This document shows positions 19,192 to 28,504 of a stretch of 64,000 bases of DNA, one piece after another. Where the stretch lies: positions 1 to 64,000 of the IMG/VR virus record IMGVR_UViG_3300028048_000103; one strand, given 5' to 3'. Every line of letters begins with the position of its first letter. Position 1 is the stretch's first letter. The notes under the pieces were generated by a model that searched no databases, was not told the DNA's origin, and saw nothing but the letters and a program-made list of their open reading frames with translations. A program made the position numbers and the translations under genes. The DNA comes from a virus (lineage: Duplodnaviria > Heunggongvirae > Uroviricota > Caudoviricetes).

Positions 19192-19222
19192 TTTACAAAT
19201 ATACAAAAATCATACCAAAATA
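19192..19222 (-). promoter_or_regulatory. hybrid class II / class I promoter-like motif
   Basis: ttacaaatatacaaaaatcataccaaaataa combines both motif types; upstream of 18959..19180. Confidence 0.4.
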
Positions 19223-19238
19223 ACAAAAATAGTACAGA

Positions 19239-19517
19239 TTATTCTGTACTATTTTCAATATAATCACCGTTAAAATCTTTATCCATTTGTTCAATAACTT
19301 GTTCAGCAAGTTCAAGACCTTGCCTAAATCTACTACTTGGACCTAAATCAACCAAACGGTGTTCAAATTCAGCCCTTATTTTATGTAGTTCGTGATGTTC
19401 TGCATAATGCCATGTAACAAAACAGGCAATAACTAAAATGACAATAAATAAAATAAACCAACCCATATTACTTTTCTTTAATGTCCCACATTTGTGTAGA
19501 GTTACCAAGAAGAACAT
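19239..19517 (-). CDS. small membrane-anchored protein, paralog of 18959..19180
   Basis: 92 aa. WHYAEHHELHKIRAEFEHRLVDLGPSSRFRQGLELAEQVIEQM. Confidence 0.45.
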   Translation of the reverse strand: MFFLVTLHKCGTLKKSNMGWFILFIVILVIACFVTWHYAEHHELHKIRAEFEHRLVDLGPSSRFRQGLELAEQVIEQMDKDFNGDYIENSTE

Positions 19518-20310
19518 CTACATTAACATTTTCCTTATTCTTAATCATTTCAACTTTTTCCAATTCAATTTCAGCATATCTAAGTTTAATAAAAGCATCA
19601 GGTGAAAGACCCATTGAGTTCATGTATGATTTATCAGCATAAGCTCTCTTTTGCTCAGTAATGGCACGTTGTTCTTCCATTTCCTGTTGCCTTTCCTGCG
19701 TAATTTTCTGTTGTGCCATTGCTGCTGTCTTATTAAGCTCTTCAAGTACCATATCATTAGGCTTTGCCTTGTCAACAACAACATTGACAATTTCAATAGG
19801 AAATTCAGCAATACCATTTAACTTGTCAAAATATGCTTGCATCTTCTGTGTAATATCAAGTTTTACTTGGTCATATACTTCCCTATCAGAAACAAGTGTA
19901 TACATATTGTATGTACTAATAAAGTTTCTAACAATTTCCCTGAAATTTTCCTTTACATTATTATCATACCAATCAGCACCATAGTTCTTGTGCAAAATAG
20001 GTGACTTACCATCCTTAATTTTAAGCGTAATATGTGCACTTAAATCAAGTGGTGTGTTGTCATCACAAAAAACATCATCAAACTGTTCAGTGTACTTTAC
20101 AGGAATTTTCTTGTACTTAACAAAACTTGTTGTCCATACCCTCCACTCTGAACCTTGTGTAAGTGCCCTTTCCTGAACGCCACCACGTCCAAAAAACATT
20201 GGCTTCATAATAAATACACCTTCCTCATCACCATCAACCGTTGACAGTGAACAACTACTAAAACTAAACATGGCCATAACAATGGCAAAAAAATAAAAAA
20301 TCTTCTTCAT
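19468..20310 (-). CDS. lipoprotein with SPFH/band-7-like domain (tentative)
   Basis: 280 aa. The signal-plus-lipobox N-terminus is MKKIFYFFAIVMAMFSFSSCS. The C-terminal Q/E-rich helix (AAMAQQKITQERQQEMEEQRAITEQKRAYADK) resembles HflK/C-type proteins. Confidence 0.35.
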   Translation of the reverse strand: MKKIFYFFAIVMAMFSFSSCSLSTVDGDEEGVFIMKPMFFGRGGVQERALTQGSEWRVWTTSFVKYKKIPVKYTEQFDDVFCDDNTPLDLSAHITLKIKDGKSPILHKNYGADWYDNNVKENFREIVRNFISTYNMYTLVSDREVYDQVKLDITQKMQAYFDKLNGIAEFPIEIVNVVVDKAKPNDMVLEELNKTAAMAQQKITQERQQEMEEQRAITEQKRAYADKSYMNSMGLSPDAFIKLRYAEIELEKVEMIKNKENVNVDVLLGNSTQMWDIKEK

Positions 20311-20324
20311 AATATTTACGTATT

Positions 20325-21302
20325 TTAAATTTTATATGTGTTTTTGCTAATATCAATTTTGCTATCAATCAAATCTGTTTCAATAATATCCCAAGTTTTT
20401 ATTTTGTACAGATAACGTTTATCACCAAATGTTTTTATGAATTTAATCTTTTTCCGTTCACCATTTATTTCTTGCAATATTTCTTGATGGATATTATCAT
20501 ATGCATTGTCTCTATCTTCCTCATTTTCAAACACCAACAACTTATTATTATATCTTGTAAAAAACCATCCATCAAATTTATTGTTATCTACATTTTCAAC
20601 AGTGGCTTTAATTGCAAATAATTGATTTTCTAATCTTTCTTTGTCTCTTTTCTCATACTTTTCAATAATTTTAGGAATCAATGCATCTTGGATGGCTTTT
20701 AATTTTTTTCTATCTTCTTCCTTTTTAAGAAATCTCGGTTCAAATTTAAATCTAAACCCTTTTTCACCAGGTTTGTTATACCAACCACAAGCACCATTAG
20801 TTTTTTCTAAATCACCATTGTAGTACTGATAAGTAAGAATACTTTCCCAATATTGGTCTTGGCACATCCAATCATCTTCATCTTCTTTAGGTATATATGT
20901 GGTTACAGAAATAGCAAGACCAAAAAAAACAATTGTAAAATGTGCAGGAAATTCATATCTAAAATCATCTTCGTCCCATTTTGTTTTGTACATTATATCA
21001 CAGTTGTACCAATGAAATGCTAACCAAATTGGTAGTTGCCAAACAGGTTTTTTTATAATCTTTGAAAGAATAGGATGGTTCTTCTTACCTGATTCATTCC
21101 ATTCAACAGATTCCAATTTAGCCCAATTCCAATTTTCAGTCCTTTCATAATGTTTACCAAAACGAATTTGTGGGCCTCTTCTCCAAACAGGAAGATTGTG
21201 CTCATGTCTCCATGAGCCAAAATACCATTTAAGTTTTGGTTTTACAAAAACATCCTTGGATTTTTTCCATGTGTCTAAAAATCTATATCTATATTTACTC
21301 AT
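20325..21302 (-). CDS. hypothetical protein
   Basis: 325-aa ORF, Trp-rich. Confidence 0.5.
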   Translation of the reverse strand: MSKYRYRFLDTWKKSKDVFVKPKLKWYFGSWRHEHNLPVWRRGPQIRFGKHYERTENWNWAKLESVEWNESGKKNHPILSKIIKKPVWQLPIWLAFHWYNCDIMYKTKWDEDDFRYEFPAHFTIVFFGLAISVTTYIPKEDEDDWMCQDQYWESILTYQYYNGDLEKTNGACGWYNKPGEKGFRFKFEPRFLKKEEDRKKLKAIQDALIPKIIEKYEKRDKERLENQLFAIKATVENVDNNKFDGWFFTRYNNKLLVFENEEDRDNAYDNIHQEILQEINGERKKIKFIKTFGDKRYLYKIKTWDIIETDLIDSKIDISKNTYKI

Positions 21303-21307
21303 GATTT

Positions 21308-22456
21308 TTAATATGATGCATAGTTATTAAAATAGTTTTTAATTAAAATAATTGGTGTTCCTTTCTGCCCTGAACCACTAACCAAATCACAAAGTGATGC
21401 AATTAAGTCCCTATACTGTCTTGGTGTTGTACCTTGTGCTATCATGTTTCCAACCAAATTGTGTGCATTGTATTCCTTAATTTCATTTTTAATTGCATTG
21501 TCAAGTTCAGTACCATGCAAGTCCTTATATTTATCATCAGCAAACGCCTTAATTTTAATCTCATTAGGTGTTGATTCAAATATTTCAGGGTCAGTATAAC
21601 CAGGCATTGTAACAGGGTCAGCAAATTCATTAATAGAAGTACCTAAAATACCATTAATCATTGGACTATGGAAACAACCATCACCATATACACAAACAAG
21701 TACATCTTTTCCTGTAACAATTTTAATCTTGTCCTTTATGTCTTCACAAACTCTAACACAGTCCTTAATGTTGGGAAATAGTTTAATTTTGTCCTCAGTT
21801 GCTTTATTAGAACCTAAAACACCCCAATCACATCTGTCAGAAAGTATATCAGCCAAAGTATACCAATATCTAAAACCACTGTATCTTTCTTTAAACTGAT
21901 TGTAATCATGAAGACCACAATAAAGAACATTTGTCGGATGTTCATCTGATGGATTGAAATTACTTTCAACAATAACACATTCAACACCTTCGGATTCAAT
22001 AATTTCTCTATAATATTCTGTATAATCCATACCTGTAAACGGATGATTTCTGCTTATATTTCCAACCTCATCAATCAAAGGCATGTATAGATATATTTTT
22101 CCGTCAAAAAAACCCAATTCAGCGCCTTTCTTATATATACCCCTTGCAATTCCTCTAAGTATCATGGCAAACCTGTTTCTTGAATAAATCATGTTCACCA
22201 AAGTAAGGACATTACCGAAAAACTTTTTCTTAACATCTTCAGCAATGTCATCAATAGTAGCATAATTACCAAAACTCCTTGCTACAACAGATTCCGTTAT
22301 GCCAATAATATCTTTGTCTTCGATATCATAAATGTCATTATGTATTCTTGTAGCATTAAACACACTGTCAATAACAGCATCTACAATATTATCACCTTCT
22401 TTAATAATTGGTGCTTTAATACCAAAAGCACTTGTACAAATTCCACTTCTAACCAT
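21308..22456 (-). CDS. hypothetical protein
   Basis: 382-aa ORF. A class II motif lies upstream at 22476-22505. Confidence 0.5.
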   Translation of the reverse strand: MVRSGICTSAFGIKAPIIKEGDNIVDAVIDSVFNATRIHNDIYDIEDKDIIGITESVVARSFGNYATIDDIAEDVKKKFFGNVLTLVNMIYSRNRFAMILRGIARGIYKKGAELGFFDGKIYLYMPLIDEVGNISRNHPFTGMDYTEYYREIIESEGVECVIVESNFNPSDEHPTNVLYCGLHDYNQFKERYSGFRYWYTLADILSDRCDWGVLGSNKATEDKIKLFPNIKDCVRVCEDIKDKIKIVTGKDVLVCVYGDGCFHSPMINGILGTSINEFADPVTMPGYTDPEIFESTPNEIKIKAFADDKYKDLHGTELDNAIKNEIKEYNAHNLVGNMIAQGTTPRQYRDLIASLCDLVSGSGQKGTPIILIKNYFNNYASY

Positions 22457-22475
22457 ATTACATATTATTTTGCTT

Positions 22476-22505
22476 TTTTTTACAAATATACAAATTTAAA
22501 AATTA
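22476..22505 (-). promoter_or_regulatory. class II (TAnnTTTG) promoter-like motif
   Basis: ttttttacaaatatacaaatttaaaaatt, between the start at 22456 and the upstream gene. Confidence 0.4.
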
Positions 22506-23330
22506 ACCAACAATTTTTAATTCAAATTTATCAATATCATTTACCCATTTTTCATCAGAAACATTCCAATATCTGCCGTATTTGGTCATTGTGTGTGTAT
22601 ATCCCAAATTTCTTAATGTTGATTTAAGTGCATTATCTTCACTAATGACAATTTTATTAATCTTTTTATTGTGCTTTTCAATGCTAACAATGTCATTAAC
22701 CAATGACATTTTATTACAATTGATATATTTAACTGTACCTGTATTATAAAATATGAATGTGGGTACAGAATTAGATATTTTGTTTATAAGTCTATTTTCT
22801 CTTTTTATCTTAAACTCAGGCTTCAAATCCATTTCAGACATCTGTTCAGCACTTGCAAGTCTTTGTACTGTAAACAACTCAGGTGCTTTTTCAGATACAA
22901 TTTTTGCAATGTTCATAAAATCTTTTCCATGACATCTTTTGGGATGATACCCTTGCATATCAACATAATAGTGACACATTTCATGTACCAAAGTACTTAA
23001 AGCAGCCTTTTCAGTCCATATATAATTACCATTTAACTCAATAATAGGTTTATATAATTTAGTAAAATTGTTTTTATTAATATATGTAATACTGCCATTT
23101 ACTACAGTATATATTTTTCTATTGCTATTAACTACTCTTACATTTTTACCACCACATTTAAACCACCCTAAAACATTACCGTTCATGCCTTTACCTTTGG
23201 TGAAAATTCTAAATGTGCAAGAACCTAAAACATCATTGAAAAGTTTTTCGTTCATTTCATCAAACTTTTCTGACATCCATTCAACTGTTGGTATAAATCC
23301 CTCCATAAAAAAATAAATTTTGTAATACAA
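22503..23330 (-). CDS. SprT-like / HExxH zinc metalloprotease-like protein
   Basis: 275 aa. STLVHEMCHYYVDMQGYHP is an HExxH motif in an SprT-like context. Confidence 0.45.
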   Translation of the reverse strand: MYYKIYFFMEGFIPTVEWMSEKFDEMNEKLFNDVLGSCTFRIFTKGKGMNGNVLGWFKCGGKNVRVVNSNRKIYTVVNGSITYINKNNFTKLYKPIIELNGNYIWTEKAALSTLVHEMCHYYVDMQGYHPKRCHGKDFMNIAKIVSEKAPELFTVQRLASAEQMSEMDLKPEFKIKRENRLINKISNSVPTFIFYNTGTVKYINCNKMSLVNDIVSIEKHNKKINKIVISEDNALKSTLRNLGYTHTMTKYGRYWNVSDEKWVNDIDKFELKIVG

Positions 23331-23350
23331 ACAAATAAAAACAATGTTTA

Positions 23351-23373
23351 TATTACAAAATTCGTGCCAAACT
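23351..23373 (-). promoter_or_regulatory. class I promoter-like motif
   Basis: tattacaaaattcgtgccaaact, upstream of the start at 23330. Confidence 0.4.
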
Positions 23374-23412
23374 AAACGCTACAATACAGATAAATACAAA
23401 TTATTTTAAATG

Positions 23413-23502
23413 CAGAAGGTACTGGATTCGAACCAGTGGCTCCATCAAAAAAAGAGCGCCGGTTTAGCGAACCGGTAGTTTAAACCACTCACTCAACCTT
23501 CT
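23413..23502 (-). tRNA. type II tRNA (long variable arm), probable anticodon GCU (Ser)
   Basis: Reverse complement: acceptor AGAAGGT/ACCTTCT, T-arm ACTGGTTCGAATCCAGT, anticodon stem CCGGT/ACCGG with loop TCGCTAA (C33 is atypical), and a 14-nt variable arm. Confidence 0.55.
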
Positions 23503-23927
23503 GTAGCGCAATTTTGTAAGTTCCAACTAACAACTTCAATTGCCACCATATCGTGTATACCCAATATGGAAGTTTTGAACATTATTCCACAAAACACCCT
23601 GTAAGAGAAAAAATTGTTTAGATGTCCCCAGAAAACAATTTTTATAAAAAAAAACACAAACTTTACTACATCACTGCGACTGTTGCAACCATATTGGCAT
23701 ACCCTTTCGGATTTTACGCATCTGTTGGCAAGGTGCTTCTCTTAGGATTTATGAATTATGTTCCTAAGTACAAGATATGTCAGCATCCCATCGGTTCGTT
23801 GTGGTCTCATATTACATGGACATATGTACACTATTCCATGCTATTACCTGACGCACTTGGCAAGGTTCTACTCTAAAAATAGAACGAGTTTGTGTTAACT
23901 TATCAAAGAAATGATAAGGAGGAAAAA

Positions 23928-24704
23928 TTAGTATATAAAAACTTCACCTTTTGCACTTCTTGGTGCTCTTGAACTAATTGAGCCACATGGCGGATTTACA
24001 TATGATTCAACAAAAGTAAATCTTGTTGGCTTTCCGCCATTGTTTTTGTATTTTTCACTATTTTTATGTAAATCAGTGAAATACTCCTGAGAAAAATCAT
24101 TAAAAGTTGCATCAGAGCCAAATTCCATATCAATTTCTCCGTTTTTTGTTATATATTTTGGGTTTTCATTACCCTTTTTAAATAAAAAAGAATCTTGATT
24201 ATATTTTTTTGACATTTCAATACCGAAATCATAAAGTTTATCTATTCCAAATACATTACCGTCAGTTGTTCTGTTATAGACCATAAATGATTTCTCATAA
24301 ACATTTTTTTCTGTCTCAGAACCAAGATTTTCAATAAAACCGCCATAAACCGGTGTGTATGAAAGATGGTTTTTTCTTAGAATATTAATAAAATCCTTCA
24401 CTCTTTCATTATTAATATGTTTGCTTTTTTCTTCAACATTGGGGTCATTAGGGTTAGTACCTAATTCCTCAGGATTTGACCTACATGGACTAATAACAAT
24501 GTAGCCATTATCACTATGTCTTGCAAGCATCCTTTTGGCATTTGTTTCAGTTATTGGCACTAAATAAGAATTTTCTGAATAATGTGAAACATTAACCCTT
24601 TCGTCAGAAGGAAATGACTTCCTGTTGCTTTCTTTTATTTCGTTAAGCACTGTTTTTGTGCTTTCAAATATTATTGTTTTTAGTTGTGATTCAGTTATTT
24701 TCAT
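23928..24704 (-). CDS. hypothetical protein
   Basis: 258-aa ORF. Confidence 0.5.
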   Translation of the reverse strand: MKITESQLKTIIFESTKTVLNEIKESNRKSFPSDERVNVSHYSENSYLVPITETNAKRMLARHSDNGYIVISPCRSNPEELGTNPNDPNVEEKSKHINNERVKDFINILRKNHLSYTPVYGGFIENLGSETEKNVYEKSFMVYNRTTDGNVFGIDKLYDFGIEMSKKYNQDSFLFKKGNENPKYITKNGEIDMEFGSDATFNDFSQEYFTDLHKNSEKYKNNGGKPTRFTFVESYVNPPCGSISSRAPRSAKGEVFIY

Positions 24705-24728
24705 TATTTGTGATGTTTAAAATTTTTG

Positions 24729-24800
24729 AGCCTCCTGTCGGAATCGAACCAACATCTACTGATTACAAATCAGTTATAATAACCTTTATACTAAGGAGGC
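24729..24800 (-). tRNA. tRNA-Thr (anticodon UGU)
   Basis: Reverse complement: acceptor GCCTCCT/AGGAGGC, anticodon stem ACTGA/TCAGT with loop TTTGTAA, T-arm GTTGGTTCGATTCCGAC. Confidence 0.65.
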
Positions 24801-24844
24801 GTAAAGCCATGATTTATAAGGAAAACCATGGCGAAAAACCATGA

Positions 24845-24925
24845 CCACCCCTTTGTGGAACCCATCGTATTAGGGAGTCGAACCCTGCTACTTGCATATT
24901 CGAAAACGTGCCCAAGGGGACCTTA
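24845..24925 (-). tRNA. tRNA-like element, not resolvable into a cloverleaf by eye
   Basis: Contains a T-loop-like GGGTTCGACTCCC (reverse complement), but no 7-bp acceptor pairing could be found. Possibly degenerate or intron-containing. Confidence 0.25.
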
Positions 24926-24945
24926 CTAACCGTTCAGGATGTTTC

Positions 24946-24975
24946 TTTTTTTACAAATATACAAAATAAAATATT
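24946..24975 (-). promoter_or_regulatory. class II (TAnnTTTG) promoter-like motif upstream of the first tRNA block
   Basis: ttttttacaaatatacaaaataaaatatt. Confidence 0.4.
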
Positions 24976-25085
24976 AAAATTCAAATATTATTGAATAATG
25001 TTCAGAATTTTTATCTTTGTCCCTTGTCCAAATTCTTACATTGAATGATAATATTTTCATTTTTTTTGTTTTTTAAAAAATTATT

Positions 25086-25676
25086 TTATCTTCTTCCACC
25101 ATTATTACCTCTTGCACCACCACCTCTTGGTGGATTACTTGGTCTTGGCTGTGGCCTTGGCGGTGCAACATTTGGTCTTGGTGGTTGTGGTACAGGTCTT
25201 ACGTATGGTATTGGCCTTGGAATCGGCCCATAATAATGATACCTTGGTGTATAGTAATAACCACCGTATGTTCTTCTATATGAAACATGATACCTGATTT
25301 TACCTGTTCGCTTTTCCACATATTTATACAGTGAAGTAATATCAATTAAACCATGATAATAACGTTCATATAACTCAGGAAAACGTGTTCTCAAACATTC
25401 AATTATTTCAGCATGATTTCTGTAATAATACCTACAAAATTCATAAGAAACATCATAAGAAATATTGCCATTTAAAGTGTTTTCTCTTATTGATTTAATC
25501 CTTAAAACATCTTCCTGATAATAATAATTAAGTTCAGGGTAATAAGTTTCAAGTATATAAGAAATATCATAATCCTTATATACAGCACCAGCAGTAACAT
25601 AATTTCTTGTATCAACACTTGCACAAGAACTTAAAATACTTATAATCAAAATAAGTATTAAATTAATCCTTTTCAT
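25086..25676 (-). CDS. lipoprotein with Pro/Arg-rich low-complexity C-terminus
   Basis: 196 aa. MKRINLILILIISILSSCAS has a lipobox. The tail reads PRPIPYVRPVPQPPRPNVAPPRPQPRPSNPPRGGGARGNNGGRR. The ORF is Tyr-rich. Confidence 0.5.
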   Translation of the reverse strand: MKRINLILILIISILSSCASVDTRNYVTAGAVYKDYDISYILETYYPELNYYYQEDVLRIKSIRENTLNGNISYDVSYEFCRYYYRNHAEIIECLRTRFPELYERYYHGLIDITSLYKYVEKRTGKIRYHVSYRRTYGGYYYTPRYHYYGPIPRPIPYVRPVPQPPRPNVAPPRPQPRPSNPPRGGGARGNNGGRR

Positions 25677-25701
25677 TTTATTTTAGTTTTTTTTTTATTT
25701 G

Positions 25702-25776
25702 GGAGTTATAAGAGATTCGAACTCTTTCCTTCAGAACCACAATCTGACATGCTTCGACCATTAACACCAATAACTC
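25702..25776 (-). tRNA. tRNA-His (anticodon GUG)
   Basis: Reverse complement: acceptor GAGTTAT/ATAACTC, anticodon stem TCAGA/TCTGA with loop TTGTGGT, T-arm AAGAGTTCGAATCTCTT. Confidence 0.55.
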
Positions 25777-25804
25777 CATGTTAAAAACTTTCAGAAAACT
25801 TTTT

Positions 25805-25874
25805 ACCGGTTTTAGGAATCGAACCTTTATCACCTGAACAAATCAGTTGTTCTACCATTGAACTATAACGTCCG
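25805..25874 (-). tRNA. tRNA-like gene, possible anticodon UUG (Gln); acceptor and anticodon stems imperfect
   Basis: Reverse complement has a canonical D-arm AGTTCAATGGTAGAAC and the T-loop GGTTCGATTCC. The acceptor pairs only 4 bp (CCGG/CCGG) and the anticodon stem has a mismatch. Confidence 0.35.
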
Positions 25875-25933
25875 GATTTTTGCCACGTTAAATAAAATTA
25901 AAACATTGCTGTTAGTTTTCTTAATTTTATTTG

Positions 25934-26006
25934 TAGGGCCAACGGTATTCGAAACCGTGTGATAGGAATGAAAATCCTATATCCTTGACCACTAGATGAT
26001 AGCCCC
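25934..26006 (-). tRNA. tRNA-Glu (anticodon UUC)
   Basis: Reverse complement: acceptor GGGGCTA/TGGCCCT (two G-U pairs), anticodon stem TAGGA/TCCTA with loop TTTTCAT, T-arm ACGGTTTCGAATACCGT. Confidence 0.55.
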
Positions 26007-26419
26007 ATAAAATACCTGTTTTGTTAATTTTCTTTGTTTTTGTTCTAAGAAGTGTACCAAAAAAACTCGCCACATGCCTGTGTTTATCCCTGTACAGGTG
26101 AACATACTCTAAAACCTCACTCCTTCATGGGTCGAACAATTTTCTATAAACAACTAATTGTAATTATCCTTTATCTTAACATCATGCCTTCAATTAAGAG
26201 AATAATCCTCGATTAATAGTTCAGAAGGTTAAGTTTCCCTCTATACCTATGTTGGCTCTTTTAACTGTTCTGCAACACCACAACAATCAGTATTGGTCAA
26301 GTATTAGGATTTGCACCAACTTTTTACAACCTTATTATAACACAAAAAAATTAACTAGTACTTTTAAAATATTATAATTAGTTCTCCACTTGACTTCGAA
26401 GCCTCACAAGTGGTATACT

Positions 26420-26496
26420 TGGTGGAATAGACAGGATTCGAACCTGCAAAATGACACCGTGCAAGGGTGTTGCTGTACCATTGAAGCCACTACCCC
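26420..26496 (-). tRNA. tRNA-Ala (anticodon UGC) with encoded CCA
   Basis: Reverse complement: acceptor GGGGTAG/CTATTCC, anticodon stem ACACC/GGTGT with loop CTTGCAC, T-arm GCAGGTTCGAATCCTGT, then ACCA. Confidence 0.65.
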
Positions 26497-26636
26497 AAAA
26501 ATACCGCATTTACGGCAGTGCGGTCAGCCAAAACATACGCTCTTCGAGTGATGTTAATTTTACAGGAAACATTTTTTTCAGAATGTTAGATTAAAAGTCT
26601 AGTCCTTAAAAAACTTGCTGTGTGTTTCCTTATTGT

Positions 26637-26714
26637 TGCGGAGGGTAGGATTCGAACCGTTTGATACGTCCTCCTGCTTATGAGACAGGCGAGCTGACCA
26701 CTGCTCCACCCCGC
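26637..26714 (-). tRNA. tRNA-Met/fMet-like (anticodon CAU) with atypical T-arm
   Basis: The 5' half GCGGGGTGGAGCAGTGGTCAGCTCG closely resembles bacterial initiator tRNA. The anticodon arm is CCTGT-CTCATAA-GCAGG. The T-arm region is about 6 nt too long and pairs poorly. Confidence 0.45.
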
Positions 26715-26908
26715 AATATTTAAAAATAAACGATTTTAGACTAGATTCGTGAACCGTTTTTATGCTTAGAGCCATAGAAAATTTGCAACTTCTCTATGTT
26801 GTTACTTGAACGTGCGAATCCACAAACACACCGCTACCCCTTGAAACCACCTAAAAAGTGTGTACATCACTTTCATTATCAATGATTACCTTTCAAGTAT
26901 CTCTATTG

Positions 26909-26983
26909 TGGGAATGAAGGAATTCGAATCCCTGACCCTTTGAATGTAAGTCAAATGCTCTAACCCAACTGAGCTACACTCCC
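26909..26983 (-). tRNA. tRNA-Val (anticodon UAC)
   Basis: Reverse complement: acceptor GGGAGTG/CATTCCC, D-arm TAGCTCAGTTGGGTTAGAGC, anticodon stem TTTGA/TCAAA with loop CTTACAT, T-arm AGGGATTCGAATTCCTT. Confidence 0.65.
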
Positions 26984-27814
26984 AAAAATACGCCCATTTG
27001 TTCCTCCATGTTGCCACAGTATGTTGTGAAGGACTTCTCACGATATTAGCCCAATGCAACCTCTTTACGCTACTTCTGCACCTATATTTGGAATTAATGT
27101 TGCTTACCTACGTATACCCATCGCAAATTTTAACCTTGAACCTCTGTACATTGCTCCAATCTGTAGCAGGACTCTCCCAAGGTTGGCAGGAACAACCCAA
27201 CAAGACTATTTTCTATTGAGGATTTGAACCTCTGCACATCTTAATCATAGAAAAAAAACAGGAAACATTATAAAAACCCAATTTATTATGCTTAATAATA
27301 AGTTAATTTGCTGTATGTTTCCTTATAAAAATAAATACAAAAAATATCTAAAAAAAACTACTTGATAGTACAAAAAGATATTATTGGTTTAGCCAAAACC
27401 ATTTTGTTTCGATTAGTCCTCTACCTAACCGTGTAGGATTTCCTTTCCACATTTAGAATGGCTTATTCTATTTAGTATGTTGGCTAAGGAAATATTCTAA
27501 TCCCCAACAACTTTATTTTTCAAAAAAAAACGGATGCATGTCAATCGTATTCCGTTATTCTGCGTTAACCTCACATGCCAAGGTCATATAGTCCACAACA
27601 CACCCATATGACTAACTAGTATTTTCATTCTAAAAATTACTTAATAGAATATGAGCAGCCACTATTATAATGGAACCAATAAAACCACTATTGAATTTCT
27701 GCTATTGTTTAGTTTCTAATTTTTCAACATTGTCAAATAACTTACATTGCAAATATATAAACATTAATTGACAAAAACAAATTTATTTTTACTCAAACAT
27801 CAAAAAACTTTTTG

Positions 27815-27853
27815 TACTTCGGCTGCGACTCGAACGCAGGACCAACTGCTTAG
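27815..27853 (-). tRNA. 3' exon (positions 35-73) of intron-split tRNA-Arg (anticodon UCU)
   Basis: Reverse complement: CTAA-GCAGT-TGGTC-CTGCGTTCGAGTCGCAG-CCGAAGT-A. It pairs perfectly with the 5' exon at 28408..28441 (acceptor 7/7 including one G-U, anticodon stem ACTGC/GCAGT 5/5). Confidence 0.7.
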
Positions 27854-28407
27854 CTTACCACTATAACTTTCGTTACCAATATAAGACTAAAAATGACCTA
27901 CAGCACAAGAGGATTGCAGTCATTCCGTAACATCCCTTTTATGTTCCTCTTATTTCGGGTCTTTATATTGTTTGTGGTCTGGACTATCCCTTAACCATAT
28001 TGAAATCTTGCAAGATTGGATTAGGGTTCGTTCTTACCCCGAATAGCAGGTCGCTTTCCTGCACAGTTTGTTTTAATTTTAGAATCCAAATTTCAACTTA
28101 GGTTTCTTCCGTCTAGTCTCTACACACTGTCTATTACAAATACTGAAATGTAGCTTAATTGCATATATTTGCCTTCTATGCAATAACGCCTTTTCATTAC
28201 ATTCCCAATTAACACCTTTTGCAAACGAGGTGAGTATTTGTTTTTAACATTGGTTCGGTATTAGCATATATTAACAGGACTCTTCACCTGTCCGACTCAT
28301 ATAGAGTGTCTGATTTGATTTTATACTTAGCTTTCACCGAATTTGGAAGTTTCTACATCTAAAATTTCTTTTAGTGCACTCCTAATTAATTGATTATCAA
28401 TTACTTA
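27854..28407 (-). mobile_element. group I intron (about 554 nt) in the anticodon loop of tRNA-Arg(UCU), inserted after position 34
   Basis: Both flanking tRNA halves match exactly. The minus-strand reading has an R-like element GTAGAGACTA (28108-28117), an S-like GATAGTCCAGACC (about 27975-27990) and a P-like AATTCGGTGAAA (about 28335-28346) in the canonical order. It ends in G before the 3' exon, and the 5' exon ends in U. Confidence 0.6.
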
Positions 28408-28441
28408 AAGGCAGTTGCTCTATCCACTGAGCTACCGAAGC
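28408..28441 (-). tRNA. 5' exon (positions 1-34) of intron-split tRNA-Arg (UCU)
   Basis: Reverse complement: GCTTCGG-TA-GCTC-AGTGGATA-GAGC-A-ACTGC-CTT. Confidence 0.7.
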
Positions 28442-28465
28442 ATAAATAATATTTTTAAAAATTAG

Positions 28466-28504
28466 TGACCCCTGTGGGATTCGAACCCACGACCCCAACA
28501 TTAA
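28466..28504 (-). tRNA. 39-nt tRNA 3' half (anticodon N-U-U; acceptor AGGGGTC), 3' exon of the second intron copy
   Basis: Reverse complement: TTAA-TGTTG-GGGTC-GTGGGTTCGAATCCCAC-AGGGGTC-A. Same length and junction context (gtaccactataactttcgttacca) as the Arg 3' exon. Confidence 0.5.

Noticed and set aside
24845-24925. Attempted to fold this as a complete tRNA
   Set aside because: A T-loop-like GGGTTCGACTCCC is present but no acceptor stem of more than 4 bp could be formed in any register. It is kept only as a low-confidence tRNA-like element.
25045-25297. Plus-strand ORFs 25045..25233 and 25112..25297 (Gly/Leu-rich and His-rich)
   Set aside because: They are antisense to the Pro/Arg-rich tail of lipoprotein 25086..25676. 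That repetitive codon composition generates open frames on the other strand.
26998-27219. 73-aa plus-strand ORF inside the tRNA/intron region
   Set aside because: It lies in the structured non-coding block between tRNA-Val and the Arg intron. It has no start-context motif and a hydrophobic low-complexity translation. Most likely a chance ORF.
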